From Thermodesulfobacteriota bacterium (GTDB lineage Bacteria > Desulfobacterota_D > UBA1144 > Nemesobacterales > UBA2774), in contig OZ244197.1 in NCBI GenBank assembly GCA_965216785.1, forward strand, positions 256,001 through 320,000: DNA of 64,000 bases, given 5' to 3'. A program made the translations under genes and the position numbers. This document shows, piece after piece, positions 46,087 to 56,892 of the stretch; the first letter of the stretch is position 1; the number at the start of each line of letters is the position of its first letter. The notes below the pieces were generated by a model. That model saw only the letters and a list, made by a program, of their open reading frames with translations. It was not told the DNA's origin and searched no databases.

Positions 46087-47217
46087 CTAAGCGGAGTTAT
46101 TAGTTATTATTTCAATCTCATCCAATACGGATTGGTCGGACTCATTTTCCTTATGCTCCAGAAGCGTATTCAGCGCCTCAGCGCCTTGAATTTTGTAAAG
46201 CGCCCAGACTGCGTGGGCCCTAACGAGTGGCTCCTCATCCGTAAGAGCGTCCTTTAAGACCGGTATAAACTCTGACTCTCCCGAATTTCCTATAGCAACC
46301 ACAGCGTTTCTGAGCAGCCCTCTTCTCTTGGTCCGCTTTACGGGGCTGCCTTTAAAGAGGAACCTGAACTTTTCCACATCCAAACCCGCAATAGTTGAAA
46401 GCTCCGGGTTGTAGAGCCCTTCTCTAGGCTGAAAAACCGGGTCCGCTGTGGCCTCAGCTTTTCTGTTCCATGGACATACGTCCTGGCATATGTCACACCC
46501 AAACACCTGGTTCCCTATGGCGTCTCTCAGCTCTAGTGGGATTTTGTCCCTCAGCTCTATAGTTAGATATGAAATGCAGAGTCTTGAATCAATCTCATAG
46601 GGCGCTTTAATCGCATCTGTCGGGCACTCGTCTATACACTTCGTACATGTACCGCATCGCTCGGGCGCTGGATTGTCATACTCAAGCTCAAGGCTCGTTA
46701 TGATCTCCCCGATAAAAATCCACGACCCGATTTCCTGGTTTATCAAGCACGTATTTTTACCTATCCAGCCGATGCCGGCGTATTTTGCATAATTTCTCTC
46801 CAGCACGGGGCCCGTGTCTACATACAAACGCATCTGCGGCTCTTGGGGAGTTATCGATTCGATATACCGCCGTAAAGTACTGAGCCTTTCTTTAATTTCT
46901 TCGTGATAGTCATCACCCCAGGCATAGCGAGCGATCCAGCCCCTTTTCTTATCATCGGTCTCAGTTGAGTAAGGGTTGTCGGTGTTGTAATTCAAGCCGC
47001 ATGATATAACAGATTTGGCCCCGGGGATAAAGCTTTTGAGGTCCTCTCTTTTCTCAGGATGTTTACCCATGTAGCTCATGTCCGCCGCATGCCCCTTTGC
47101 AAGCCACTCTTTATAGAACTGGTTTTCGGGGAAAGGACCCACAGAGGAGATGCCCACAAGGTCAAAGAGAGACAGCGCTTTGTCTTTTATAGAGTTCGTT
47201 AGCTCTATAGTATCCAT
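46087..47217 (-). CDS. queG: Epoxyqueuosine reductase
   Basis: ARYAWGDDYH, VDTGPVLE, CGTCTKCIDECPT, CISYLTIE, GCDICQDVCPWN and HEAT-like C-terminus. Confidence 0.96.
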   Translation of the reverse strand: MDTIELTNSIKDKALSLFDLVGISSVGPFPENQFYKEWLAKGHAADMSYMGKHPEKREDLKSFIPGAKSVISCGLNYNTDNPYSTETDDKKRGWIARYAWGDDYHEEIKERLSTLRRYIESITPQEPQMRLYVDTGPVLERNYAKYAGIGWIGKNTCLINQEIGSWIFIGEIITSLELEYDNPAPERCGTCTKCIDECPTDAIKAPYEIDSRLCISYLTIELRDKIPLELRDAIGNQVFGCDICQDVCPWNRKAEATADPVFQPREGLYNPELSTIAGLDVEKFRFLFKGSPVKRTKRRGLLRNAVVAIGNSGESEFIPVLKDALTDEEPLVRAHAVWALYKIQGAEALNTLLEHKENESDQSVLDEIEIITNNSA

Positions 47218-47281
47218 AGAAACCTATTTTATCACACATTCGTTCGTAGTAGGGTAGTCTCGATATCAATCTGCGGCTTAG

Positions 47282-47797
47282 CTACTCAGACCAGCCGCTC
47301 GGATAGTTCTTAGCTTTGCTAATAAGAAAAGCAATCTCGGTAAGGGCCAGCTGCCCAGTGCCGTACGCCGCGTAGTAAGACTCTTTTTTGACGTCCAGCG
47401 GGGCATCCCCGGTAACGGCGGAAAAACTTACCCTTTGAATTATGGGGAGATCAGAATCATCTCTGCAAATAAAGGCAATCTCACTATCTGTGACAGAGTA
47501 TTCCTCTTTAATTTTATTGTAGAAAGTGATCCTTTGTGTAACGCCTTGATGAAGCATAACTCCCAGGCTTTCCGCGACAGTGGAAATCTCTTCGGATGAG
47601 GACTCGGAAAACGCTATACACTCGACCTCTGAGTCTCTGAGATCTTCTAAAGCGTTGCCATTACTGACTGCCGTGCCTTTCTGTCCTGAGCCGTTAAGTG
47701 AAAACCCTTCGGCATTTACCAAAAGCAGCTTTATATTTGATAGCTTGAGTGTGAGGTCGGATCTTAGCTTTTGAAACAATTTTGCACCTGTGAACAA
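47282..47797 (-). CDS. KdsC-like HAD protein with degenerate catalytic motifs
   Basis: NIKLLLVNAEG aligns to IKLLxxDVDG; EIAFICRDDSDLP aligns to GDDxxD; DAPLDVK also matches. Confidence 0.7.
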   Translation of the reverse strand: MFTGAKLFQKLRSDLTLKLSNIKLLLVNAEGFSLNGSGQKGTAVSNGNALEDLRDSEVECIAFSESSSEEISTVAESLGVMLHQGVTQRITFYNKIKEEYSVTDSEIAFICRDDSDLPIIQRVSFSAVTGDAPLDVKKESYYAAYGTGQLALTEIAFLISKAKNYPSGWSE

Positions 47798-47883
47798 ACT
47801 TTAAGACTTCAAGGAGTTTAGTCCAGATTATACTCTTTTCAAGTAGAGGGGAGTGTTTACGCTATGTATAATCTTAAACAGAC

Positions 47884-48582
47884 ATGATACCGCTTAGAGA
47901 TACTACGAAATCGGGCTCGTTCCCATTTGTCAACTTAACCCTGATTACAATAAACATTTTGGTTTTCTTATACGAGGTTTCGCTAGGGGAAAATATTCAT
48001 AATTTTATTTTAGAATACGGCCTGATACCCGCCAAAGTGTTCTCATCGGCAAATATTGATTTCGGCGACAGAATGCTGCCCTTTATATCCTCGATGTTTA
48101 TTCACGGGGGATGGCTGCACATTATAGGTAATGCTCTATTTCTGTTTATATTCGGAGATAATGTGGAAGCGAGGATGGGCCACTTTAAATATTTAGTGTT
48201 CTATATTGTGTGCGGTCTTGCAGCCGCACTCTTTCAAATAATAACCAACCTAGGCTCTGTGATCCCTATGGTCGGGGCAAGCGGCGCGATATCGGGAGTG
48301 CTCGGCGCATATATTACATTCTTCCCAAAATCAAAAATACTCACACTGATACCAATTTTTTTCTTTATCCAGCTCATACACATACCAGCCGCGATATTTA
48401 TATTCGTATGGTTCATCATACAGTTCCTAAGCGGAGTGGGGTCGCTTGGAGCGGCGCAGGACACCGGAGGGGTCGCGTTCTGGGCACATATCGGAGGGTT
48501 TGTAGCAGGGCTGATACTCGCCCGCTTCTTTCAGAAAGGGGGCCTCAGGGTAGTGGGGAAAGGGGACAGATATTACCACTAA
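47884..48582 (+). CDS. Rhomboid intramembrane serine protease
   Basis: MIPLRD, MFIHGGWLHIIGN, FGDNVE, catalytic GASG and AFWAHIGGF. Confidence 0.95.
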   Translation: MIPLRDTTKSGSFPFVNLTLITINILVFLYEVSLGENIHNFILEYGLIPAKVFSSANIDFGDRMLPFISSMFIHGGWLHIIGNALFLFIFGDNVEARMGHFKYLVFYIVCGLAAALFQIITNLGSVIPMVGASGAISGVLGAYITFFPKSKILTLIPIFFFIQLIHIPAAIFIFVWFIIQFLSGVGSLGAAQDTGGVAFWAHIGGFVAGLILARFFQKGGLRVVGKGDRYYH

Positions 48583-48661
48583 GCCCCTTACTAAAAATAG
48601 AGCCGATTCAGGCCATGCGTTCTGCTCTTATGAGTTACACTATAGTCCCCCGTACAAATGT

Positions 48662-49861
48662 CTACCCGCTTGTCATTAAGAACATAGGCTGCATTTCAAA
48701 GCTCTTATAGTAAGGGCGGAGACGCTCTTTATTGTAATACTTCTCAACATCGACAATTTTATTTGAACTCGTGACTACATTTATCGGTACGTTTTCGTAT
48801 CTTCCGTCTCTCATAACCACAAGTAGCCCATGCATTCCTTTCAGAATTAGATCAAGTGCCAAATTCCCGTATGCCATCGGCACAATCGAGTCAATAGCGT
48901 CCGGGTCTCCGCAGCGTACCAAGTAACCGAGCTTCTGCTCTATGACGTTGATTGTCCTTCCTTTATTGTACTTAGGGGAAAGAGCCTTTAGCTGTGATGA
49001 CACCATAGCACCTATACCACCTAATTTCGCATGTCCGAACGCGTCTTTGGCTGCATCCTGAAAAATCATTTCGCCGCCTTCAAACATGGCTCCTTCAGAG
49101 ACGAGCACGACAGAGTAATTGCTTGGATTTTTATCACGGTCCTCTACCATGAGCTCCGTCAGTCTCTCCATATCGAATTTGTACTCGGGGATGACACACC
49201 GGTTGGCGGCTCCCGCCATTGCCGGCAGCATAGCGGTAAAGCCAGCATAGCGCCCGAACACCTCAAGCACGAGGAACCTTTCATGAGAGCCAGCGGAAGT
49301 CCTGAGGTTATTTATCATCATTATAGTTCTGGTCACGCATGTGCTGAAGCCTATACAGTAATCAGTGCCGGGGACGTCATTATCCATGGTTTTAGGTATA
49401 GCAACGACTTTGACTCCCTCCTGAGACAATCTCACACCGTAGCTCAGTGTATCGTCCCCTCCTATCGGAATCAGATATTCCACACCCAGAAATTCAAGAT
49501 TTTTCAGCACTTCAGGGGTGAGATCGTTTATTTCATCTTTATATTTATCCCTTAGGTGCCCAGGGACGTCCGCCTTTTTAACATTGCTGGGACGAGTACG
49601 GGAGCTGTGCAGGAAAGTCCCGCCTGTCCTGCCCACCCTATTAACGAGCTCTTCAGTGAGAACAATATAGTTCTCACTATTGTCGGCGTCTTTATCCCGT
49701 ATTATCTCAAGCGCGCCTGCCCAGCCCCTGCGAATGCCGATTACCTTATACCCTTCCTTGATCGCCCTGATGGTAACGGCCCTGATGGCCGGGTTAAGAC
49801 CCGGGACGTCGCCGCCGCCCGTGAGTATCGCGATGACACGACCATTTTTTATTTTTTCCAT
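48662..49861 (-). CDS. 6-phosphofructokinase, probably PPi-dependent
   Basis: TGGGDVPGLN, GGTFLHSSR, IGGDDT, PKTMDND and EVFGR motifs. Confidence 0.92.
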   Translation of the reverse strand: MEKIKNGRVIAILTGGGDVPGLNPAIRAVTIRAIKEGYKVIGIRRGWAGALEIIRDKDADNSENYIVLTEELVNRVGRTGGTFLHSSRTRPSNVKKADVPGHLRDKYKDEINDLTPEVLKNLEFLGVEYLIPIGGDDTLSYGVRLSQEGVKVVAIPKTMDNDVPGTDYCIGFSTCVTRTIMMINNLRTSAGSHERFLVLEVFGRYAGFTAMLPAMAGAANRCVIPEYKFDMERLTELMVEDRDKNPSNYSVVLVSEGAMFEGGEMIFQDAAKDAFGHAKLGGIGAMVSSQLKALSPKYNKGRTINVIEQKLGYLVRCGDPDAIDSIVPMAYGNLALDLILKGMHGLLVVMRDGRYENVPINVVTSSNKIVDVEKYYNKERLRPYYKSFEMQPMFLMTSG

Positions 49862-50086
49862 AGTTTGGCCCTCGATGGTGATAGTTATTTACCCTTTTAA
49901 ACCGTGCGGAACTGCACATCTTATGATTATAACTCGAATTTGCAACTGGCCAAGTTTTACAATAATTTGTTAAAGTCCTTGGACTTCACATAGACAAATC
50001 CGGTATACTCTTAGGAATTAATTTAAGCCTGTTACTTAAAAATTGTGCTGTCTTGATTGACATTCAACTTAAAGTGTGATAAATAA

Positions 50087-52450
50087 ATGCCAATGTTTTA
50101 TAAGTATTTTATGCTCCCGGCGGCCTTAACGCTCCTACTCTTAGGATGCGGCGGCAGATCTATCACTTCAAACAATACAGAATCCACTTTTCCGGGAATC
50201 AATATTGATCCAGGGAGCACAGATTCAGAGATCGTTTACGTAGATAACCATAACCAACAAGAAGCTGTTATAGACGTAAAATCGAGCTTCTTTCTGATGA
50301 ACCCTCACCAGCAAGCCTGGACCAGTTATTACCTATTCGAGAGCACTCTGGCTGAATTCCCGGACGTAGCGCCAGAGACCGAACAGGAAATACCGGTTGT
50401 GTACAATGCCCGGGTCATGCACTACGTGAATCAATACCAGAACAGAGGACGCAGATCATTCAGCATTTGGCTTGAGCGCTCGGGGAAATATGTCCCAAAC
50501 ATGAAGACTATTCTCCAGGAAAGGGGGATGCCTACCGACCTCGTGTACCTCTCTATGATAGAAAGCGGTTTTCAAGTCAAGGCTAAATCACATAAAGCCG
50601 CGGTCGGGCCCTGGCAGTTTATTAAACCCACAGCCAAAAGATACGGCCTCAGAGTGGACGCGTGGGCGGATGAGAGGATGGACCCGAAGAAATCTACTAT
50701 TGCCGCGGCAAATTATTTAAGCGACCTCTATGCTATGTTTCAGAACTGGGAGCTCGCGGCGGCAGGCTATAACTGCGGGGAAGACAGGGTGCAGTCTGCC
50801 ATAGACAAGTACGGGATTAACGATTTCTGGCAGATTTCCGAATTCACTCTACCCAAAGAAACAAAGAACTATGTACCAAAGCTTATGGCGGCTCTAATTG
50901 TCGCAAAAAACCCTGAGAAATATGGATTCGTTGGAATACAGTATCAACCTTCCCAGGACTATGAGGTCGCATTCGTACCAGGACAAAAGAGCTTAAAGGA
51001 TATTGCCCAGGTCATAGGAGTTAGCCAAAACACTCTTGTAGAGCTTAACCCCGCGCTTAAATTAAAGGCAACACCTCCGGGAAGTTCATACGATATTAAC
51101 GTTCCTCCCGGCTACGGCGTAGTCGTCGCGCAAAAGAGCGCAGAGCTTCAGGGCCTTAAAAGTGTAAGCACTCAGATAGCAAGAGCCGGAGGAGGCGGAA
51201 CAAAATGGCATAAAGTGAGAAGAGGAGAAACTCTAGGCAAAATATCCGGCAGATATGGAGTAAGTGTTTCCAAGATTAAAAGAGCTAACGGGCTCAGAAG
51301 CTCAACTATTCGTACGGGCCAGTCGCTTAAGATCCCAGGTGTGGCCGGAGGAAGCTACAAGACGCCTTCTCATCACAATACCAGCACAGTGAAATACAAA
51401 GTACGCTCTGGAGATACTCTTGGTGCAATCGCAGCCAGACACAGAGTGAGCATAAGCTCTGTAAAAAGGGCAAACGGGCTCAGAGGATCTCTGATAAAAA
51501 CCGGACAAGTGCTTACTATCCCAGGCTCTTCGGGACGTTATTATGATACGGCGAGAAGCTCGGGTAAATCGACAAAGACCGCAAAATATAAAGTTAAATC
51601 AGGCGACACACTCGGCCTGATCGCATCAAAGCACAATGTGAGCGTTTCTACGATAAAAAGGGCAAACGGGTTAAAGGGCTCGATGATCAGATCGGGTCAG
51701 GTGCTTACAATCCCTTATATATCAAACGGCACGTCCGGCGCGTCAAACCAAAACTATGCCAGAGCCACCAGCACTAAATATAAAGTTAGATCCGGGGACA
51801 CCCTGGGGACTATAGCACAACGTCACGGAGTAAGGCTCTCTACGCTCAAGAGCGCGAATAATATTCACGGCTCTACAATCAGGTCCGGACAGGTGCTTAC
51901 CATACCGGGCTCTTCAAACGCATCCTACAGGGCAAGCGCAAGCAATCACTCTGTGAAATACAAAGTGAAACCGGGAGATACTCTTGGGAGTATAGCCCAG
52001 AGACACGGCGTGAAAACCGCATCGCTCAGATCCGCCAATAATATAAAAGGCTCAACGATCAGATCGGGTCAGGTGCTCACAATTCCAAACGGAAACTACT
52101 CAACAACGAGTAGCTCTAAAAAAAGTAAGCCCAGCAAATACACTGTGAAATCCGGCGATACACTCGGCTCAATCGCACAGCGGCACGGCGTGAAACTTGC
52201 TTCACTTAAGAGCGCGAACAATATAAAAGGCTCAACTATCCGATCGGGCCAGGTGCTCACAATTCCAAACGGAAATTATTCCTCTTCCACAAACTCGAGC
52301 AGTAATGTAATCAGCTATAAAGTAAAGAACGGGGACAGCCTTTGGGGAATCGCCAACAAGCACGATGTCTCGGTAGCCAGTATTAAGAAATGGAACAACC
52401 TTAAGTCGAACAACCTTCAGGCCGGAAAGAAGCTGACTATATATAAATAA
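50087..52450 (+). CDS. mltD: MltD-type lytic transglycosylase lipoprotein with 7 LysM domains
   Basis: Lipobox LLGC; catalytic IES, GPWQF, AGYNCGE and ETKNYVPK; repeated Y-x-V-x-x-GDTL units. Confidence 0.9.
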   Translation: MPMFYKYFMLPAALTLLLLGCGGRSITSNNTESTFPGINIDPGSTDSEIVYVDNHNQQEAVIDVKSSFFLMNPHQQAWTSYYLFESTLAEFPDVAPETEQEIPVVYNARVMHYVNQYQNRGRRSFSIWLERSGKYVPNMKTILQERGMPTDLVYLSMIESGFQVKAKSHKAAVGPWQFIKPTAKRYGLRVDAWADERMDPKKSTIAAANYLSDLYAMFQNWELAAAGYNCGEDRVQSAIDKYGINDFWQISEFTLPKETKNYVPKLMAALIVAKNPEKYGFVGIQYQPSQDYEVAFVPGQKSLKDIAQVIGVSQNTLVELNPALKLKATPPGSSYDINVPPGYGVVVAQKSAELQGLKSVSTQIARAGGGGTKWHKVRRGETLGKISGRYGVSVSKIKRANGLRSSTIRTGQSLKIPGVAGGSYKTPSHHNTSTVKYKVRSGDTLGAIAARHRVSISSVKRANGLRGSLIKTGQVLTIPGSSGRYYDTARSSGKSTKTAKYKVKSGDTLGLIASKHNVSVSTIKRANGLKGSMIRSGQVLTIPYISNGTSGASNQNYARATSTKYKVRSGDTLGTIAQRHGVRLSTLKSANNIHGSTIRSGQVLTIPGSSNASYRASASNHSVKYKVKPGDTLGSIAQRHGVKTASLRSANNIKGSTIRSGQVLTIPNGNYSTTSSSKKSKPSKYTVKSGDTLGSIAQRHGVKLASLKSANNIKGSTIRSGQVLTIPNGNYSSSTNSSSNVISYKVKNGDSLWGIANKHDVSVASIKKWNNLKSNNLQAGKKLTIYK
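51205..52445 (+). repeat. Tandem LysM-coding repeats with a period of about 180 nt
   Basis: 52040-52095 and 52220-52275 are identical at 53 of 56 nt. Confidence 0.85.
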
Positions 52451-52494
52451 GAACTCTCTTATAGGGTGAGAACTCCCGCCCTTCTCAGCAAACT

Positions 52495-53145
52495 ATGAAT
52501 ACAGATCCGTTTAACAAACTAAGGAATTCCTACGCCGAAAAAAGAGAGCAAATCAGAAACAGGCTTTCGGAATTTAGAGAGATTTATGATTCCGGGACGG
52601 ACGAAAGTATATTCGAAGAGCTCGTATTTTGTATTTGCACTGCGGGGGCAAGCGCTAAGATGGGGCTTAAGTCTGTAGAGGCGGCAAGGGATGTTTTAAT
52701 AGAGGGGAGCTTAAAAACGCTCAGGCAAAGGCTCACCGGGGCGCATCGTTTTCCGAACAAGAGACCCGAATACATAATACACACAAGGGAGTATCTTAAA
52801 GCAGAGCATGGATTTAAATTAAAAGAGCTTATAAATTCCCTTGAAGACCCGCTGGAAAGAAGAGAGTTTTTCGCAGCTAACAAGAATATCAAAGGTATTG
52901 GATATAAAGAGGCAAGCCATTTCCTGAGAAACATCGGATTTTCAGGATACGGTATTTTAGACAAGCACATACTGAACACAATGCATGATTACGGAATTGT
53001 TAAAAGCCCGAAACCTCCTGCAAAGAGGGACGATTATCTTTCACTTGAAAGAAAGCTGATAAGATTTTCTGAAGATATTGGCATACACATAGATGAATTT
53101 GATTTACTTCTATGGAGCGAGAAGACGGGAGAGATACTTAAGTAG
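52495..53145 (+). CDS. ogg: 8-oxoguanine DNA glycosylase / AP lyase (Ogg2 type)
   Basis: FEELVFCICT, HRFPNKR, HhH KGIGYKEASHFLRNIG, ILDKHI and C-terminal LLLW..KTGEILK. Confidence 0.88.
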   Translation: MNTDPFNKLRNSYAEKREQIRNRLSEFREIYDSGTDESIFEELVFCICTAGASAKMGLKSVEAARDVLIEGSLKTLRQRLTGAHRFPNKRPEYIIHTREYLKAEHGFKLKELINSLEDPLERREFFAANKNIKGIGYKEASHFLRNIGFSGYGILDKHILNTMHDYGIVKSPKPPAKRDDYLSLERKLIRFSEDIGIHIDEFDLLLWSEKTGEILK

Positions 53146-53165
53146 CGAACAGCCGAGTTAAGTTG

Positions 53166-54539
53166 TCATTTACCCATACTTCTGGCGCTCTTACCGCTCC
53201 GCCAGTGCTCCTCGATTTCTTCCAAGCTCAGCCCCTTAGTCTCCGGCATAAAATAATAAACGTAGAGCCAGGCTACGACACATAATACGGCATAAAGCCA
53301 GAAAGTGTAAGACCTGCCGATGGCCTCAATCAGGCTAAGAAACGTGAGCGTAACGAGTAAATACATAGCCCAAATGACCGCTGTTGCCACACTCATCGCA
53401 ATAGCCCTTATCTTAAGAGGATATATTTCGGCTATTACGAGCTGAACGATAGTACCCGGACCGATCGTCCAAGCCGCTACAAAAAACAACAGGCTAGCTA
53501 CCGCAATGTAGCCCAGCAGGTTTCCCTGAGACTTTGGCAGATAGAACGTAAGACCCAAGACAGCCAAACCTATAAGCATGCCCACAAGCCCAGTAAGCAT
53601 AAGCGGTCTTCTGCCCAATTTGTCCACAAGCTTCATAGCAACTAAAGACATAATGACGAATACAACGCCAAGCGCTACTGTCTCAAGGATCGCCGTTGAT
53701 GCCGAGTGAAACCCCGCAAGCTCGAATATGGTCGGAGCATAGAATGTCGCTAGACTAAGGCCTGTCAGCTGTCTTATAGCCGCAAGCCCTAGCCCAAGTA
53801 CGAGTGCCGGTTTTACTACAGGGCTTAAGAGCTCGCGCCAGCCGTGCTGTGACTGTTTTAAGACATTCTCTATACAAGATAGCTCTTCCTCAACATCGTT
53901 AGTCCCCCTTAAAAGGACAAGGGCGTCCCTTGCTTTATCCTCATAGCCGTGTTTAAGGAGCCATCTGGGGCTTTTAGGGAGAAAGAACATGCCTATAAAC
54001 AGGAAAAAAGCGGGGATGAGACCCACTGCAAACATAAGACGCCACCGCCCGTAAGCCGAAAATATGTAATCCACAAGGTAGGAGATAAGCACGCCTGAAA
54101 GGATTGCTACCACAAAAATGGAAACCAGCATTCCCCTACTTTTAGGAGAGGAGATTTCAGATATATATAGCGGGACGGCAAACGAAGCCAGGCCGAAAGC
54201 GGCGCCGACCACGATCCTTGAAATAATGAGCCAAAACGTATCCGGAGTTAAAACAGTGCCTAAAACCCCTATGAATGAAATTACGGCGCTCAACATTAAA
54301 ACCCTCCGGCGCCCTAAACGGTCGGCCAGTCTACCCCCGAGCCCCGCGCCGATCATAGCGCCGAACAATGTCGAGCTTAACACTAGCTCCTGCATCCATG
54401 TGGTGAGCCCAAATTCTTTCTTAATGAATAGGATTGCCCCTGCAACGCCGGCAAGGTCGTAGCCGTAGATCATCCCGCCGAGTGAAGAGACGGCCGCCGC
54501 GAATATAAGGATTTTATTGTTGTTTTTAGAATTTGGCAT
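53166..54539 (-). CDS. MFS sugar porter
   Basis: GYD, DRLGRR, PLYISE, PKSPRWL, QLTG, EIYP and PETKG motifs. Confidence 0.95.
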   Translation of the reverse strand: MPNSKNNNKILIFAAAVSSLGGMIYGYDLAGVAGAILFIKKEFGLTTWMQELVLSSTLFGAMIGAGLGGRLADRLGRRRVLMLSAVISFIGVLGTVLTPDTFWLIISRIVVGAAFGLASFAVPLYISEISSPKSRGMLVSIFVVAILSGVLISYLVDYIFSAYGRWRLMFAVGLIPAFFLFIGMFFLPKSPRWLLKHGYEDKARDALVLLRGTNDVEEELSCIENVLKQSQHGWRELLSPVVKPALVLGLGLAAIRQLTGLSLATFYAPTIFELAGFHSASTAILETVALGVVFVIMSLVAMKLVDKLGRRPLMLTGLVGMLIGLAVLGLTFYLPKSQGNLLGYIAVASLLFFVAAWTIGPGTIVQLVIAEIYPLKIRAIAMSVATAVIWAMYLLVTLTFLSLIEAIGRSYTFWLYAVLCVVAWLYVYYFMPETKGLSLEEIEEHWRSGKSARSMGK

Positions 54540-54612
54540 GAAAGATACAATAACAGCCCGGAGAACAAATTGGAATAATATCGTTCAGAGCAGAAATTAA
54601 TTTACCGGGAAC

Positions 54613-55977
54613 CTATTTTTTATGCTTCCAGTTCTGCTGTATATCTTCAAGTTTCTGCCCCTTTGTCTCGGGGATAAAGAAGTAGAAAAGTAGCATAGTC
54701 AGAACCGCGAACACTCCGTAGAGCCAGAAAGCTCCGGAAACCCCTATAAATTTTGTAAGTGTGAGAAAAGTAAGCGTGACAAGAAAGTTCGTAGCCCAGT
54801 TGGTGAGAGAGCCGAGACTCATTGCCTTACCCCTTATTTTTTGTGGATAGATCTCAGCTATCAAGACCCAGAACACAGGCCTCGGCCCGACTGACCAGCA
54901 GCCTATATATAGAAGTAAAGCGCCAACGGCTATCCACTTTGCAAAGCTGGCGCCGCTTGGATAGAGGAATGCAATTCCGAGAAGTCCGAGACTCAAGGTT
55001 ATTCCGCAAAGACCGAAAATCATTAAGGGCCTCCGGCCTACCCTGTCAATTAGCGGAATAGCGACTGCCGACATTATCGTATTCACAACCCCAACTCCCA
55101 CAGTTGCAAGAATTGCGATCGAGGCCGATTTAAAACCGGCAAACTCAACAATAGTGGGTGAATAACCGTATAAAACCACGCTGAACCCGGCAAGCGAGCG
55201 GACAAAAGCAAGTCCTATACCTATGAGTAAAAGTCTTCTTATTGAAGGGTTTAATAGCTCGCTCCACCCACCCTTTTCGCTCACCCCTATTTGAGATAAT
55301 GTCTCTATTTCTTCTTGTTCGTCCACGTTGCCCCTCAGACGGTGAAACGCTTTCCGAGCCTTTTCCTTAAACGAATGGCCCGCAAGCCACCTGGGTGTCT
55401 CGACGCAACGGAGCATCCCGAAAATCAGAACAACCGCCGCAACGGCCTCTAGTCCGAACATTGTGCGCCAGCCCTCTGAAAACGAGAGCACGTAGTCGGC
55501 AAGATACGCGGCAAGCGTTCCCAGGGTTATGGCGAGCGTGTTCACGGTGACCATGCGCCCCCTGACAGAGGCCATTGTAATTTCCGAGATATAAATAGGG
55601 GATATAACAGAGACCATGCCGAGTGAAAGCCCGGTCATGATGCGCCCCGCAATGAGAATAGGTATCGTAGGAGAAAACGCCATAATAAGCGAACCCACCA
55701 AGAAGAGAGCACCCACCCCTATGAGCACTACCCTGCGCCCGATCCTGTCGGCGATTGTACCGCCAAGTGGAGCGCCCACCATGGCGCTTATGAAGAGCGA
55801 GCTTATAACCACCTCTTCCATACCGGAAGACAGCGAGAACTCCTGCTTTATATATAGAATGGCGCCTGAGATTACAGCCGTGTCGTAACCGAATAGGAAC
55901 CCGCCGAACGATGCGATTACGACTGAAAAGTAGAGAAAGAAATTTGGTGTGGATACACTACCGCTATCATTTGCCAT
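54613..55977 (-). CDS. MFS sugar porter
   Basis: FGYDTAVISG, DRIGRR, ETPRWL, EIYP and PETKG motifs. Confidence 0.95.
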   Translation of the reverse strand: MANDSGSVSTPNFFLYFSVVIASFGGFLFGYDTAVISGAILYIKQEFSLSSGMEEVVISSLFISAMVGAPLGGTIADRIGRRVVLIGVGALFLVGSLIMAFSPTIPILIAGRIMTGLSLGMVSVISPIYISEITMASVRGRMVTVNTLAITLGTLAAYLADYVLSFSEGWRTMFGLEAVAAVVLIFGMLRCVETPRWLAGHSFKEKARKAFHRLRGNVDEQEEIETLSQIGVSEKGGWSELLNPSIRRLLLIGIGLAFVRSLAGFSVVLYGYSPTIVEFAGFKSASIAILATVGVGVVNTIMSAVAIPLIDRVGRRPLMIFGLCGITLSLGLLGIAFLYPSGASFAKWIAVGALLLYIGCWSVGPRPVFWVLIAEIYPQKIRGKAMSLGSLTNWATNFLVTLTFLTLTKFIGVSGAFWLYGVFAVLTMLLFYFFIPETKGQKLEDIQQNWKHKK

Positions 55978-56062
55978 TTTTATTCCGATATACCACTGCC
56001 GAGCCGCATAATTGTAGCTAAGATACGTGACTCAGTAAATCTCCCGGGATATGGAGATAAAT

Positions 56063-56872
56063 TCAACCCCCCGTTCTAAAAGAGGGATAGAGCATCATGC
56101 CGCCGTCTATATAGAGAGTTTCACCGGTCATGTAGTCTGACTGATCAGACGCTAACCATACGACAGCTTTGGCTACATCCTCGACCTCGCCTATACGTCC
56201 TGCGGGGACGAGCTTTAGGAGACCTTCCATCCCTTCGGGGTTTCCCCAGACAGATTTGTTTATATCGGTTTTAATGGCGCCGGGGGAAACGGCGTTTACC
56301 CTGATGAGCTCGGGGGCAAGCTCCTGCGCAATTGATTTCATGAGCATCCTTACACCCCCCTTGGCTGCCGTATAGTTGGCGTGCCCCGCCCAGGGGATAG
56401 TGTCATGCACAGATGAAATGGCTATGATTTTACCAAGGGCGCGTGATAGCTCAGGGACCATCCCTCTTCTCTTAAACTCACGAACTGCTTCGCGCGAGCA
56501 TAGGAAATGCCCGGTGAGATCAACGGCAAGAGCCTTGTTCCACTGCTCAAGAGTCATTTCGTGAAACGGAGCGTCTACCTGAACTCCAGCGTTATTGACA
56601 AGTATATCTATACTGCCCCACGCATCTACCGCTTGCCGAAACATCTCCTGCACTTCTTGTTCGACGCTCACGTCGGCCTGGACGGCTATTGCCTCTCCGC
56701 CTGCGTCTTTTATCTCATTCACTACGAGAGCGGCTTTATCACCGCCGGCTCGATAGTTTACGACTACTTTGGCCCCTGCCCTGGCCAGCCCAAGAGCAAT
56801 GGACTTTCCTATTCCCGAGCTCGCCCCAGTAACAATGGCGCGCTGTGAGTCAAGAAGCTTCTTACCTTCCAT
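56063..56872 (-). CDS. Glucose 1-dehydrogenase-like SDR
   Basis: TGASSGIG, SSVHDTIPW, YTAAKGG, PGAIKTDIN and C-terminal DGGMMLYPSF..G, typical of the GDH subfamily. Confidence 0.85.
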   Translation of the reverse strand: MEGKKLLDSQRAIVTGASSGIGKSIALGLARAGAKVVVNYRAGGDKAALVVNEIKDAGGEAIAVQADVSVEQEVQEMFRQAVDAWGSIDILVNNAGVQVDAPFHEMTLEQWNKALAVDLTGHFLCSREAVREFKRRGMVPELSRALGKIIAISSVHDTIPWAGHANYTAAKGGVRMLMKSIAQELAPELIRVNAVSPGAIKTDINKSVWGNPEGMEGLLKLVPAGRIGEVEDVAKAVVWLASDQSDYMTGETLYIDGGMMLYPSFRTGG

Positions 56873-56892
56873 GTAGACAACCTCCAGTGAGT

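Noticed and set aside
51205-52445. Periodic repeats as a CRISPR array
   Set aside because: They are in-frame LysM-coding repeats with synonymous variation; there are no cas genes or spacers.
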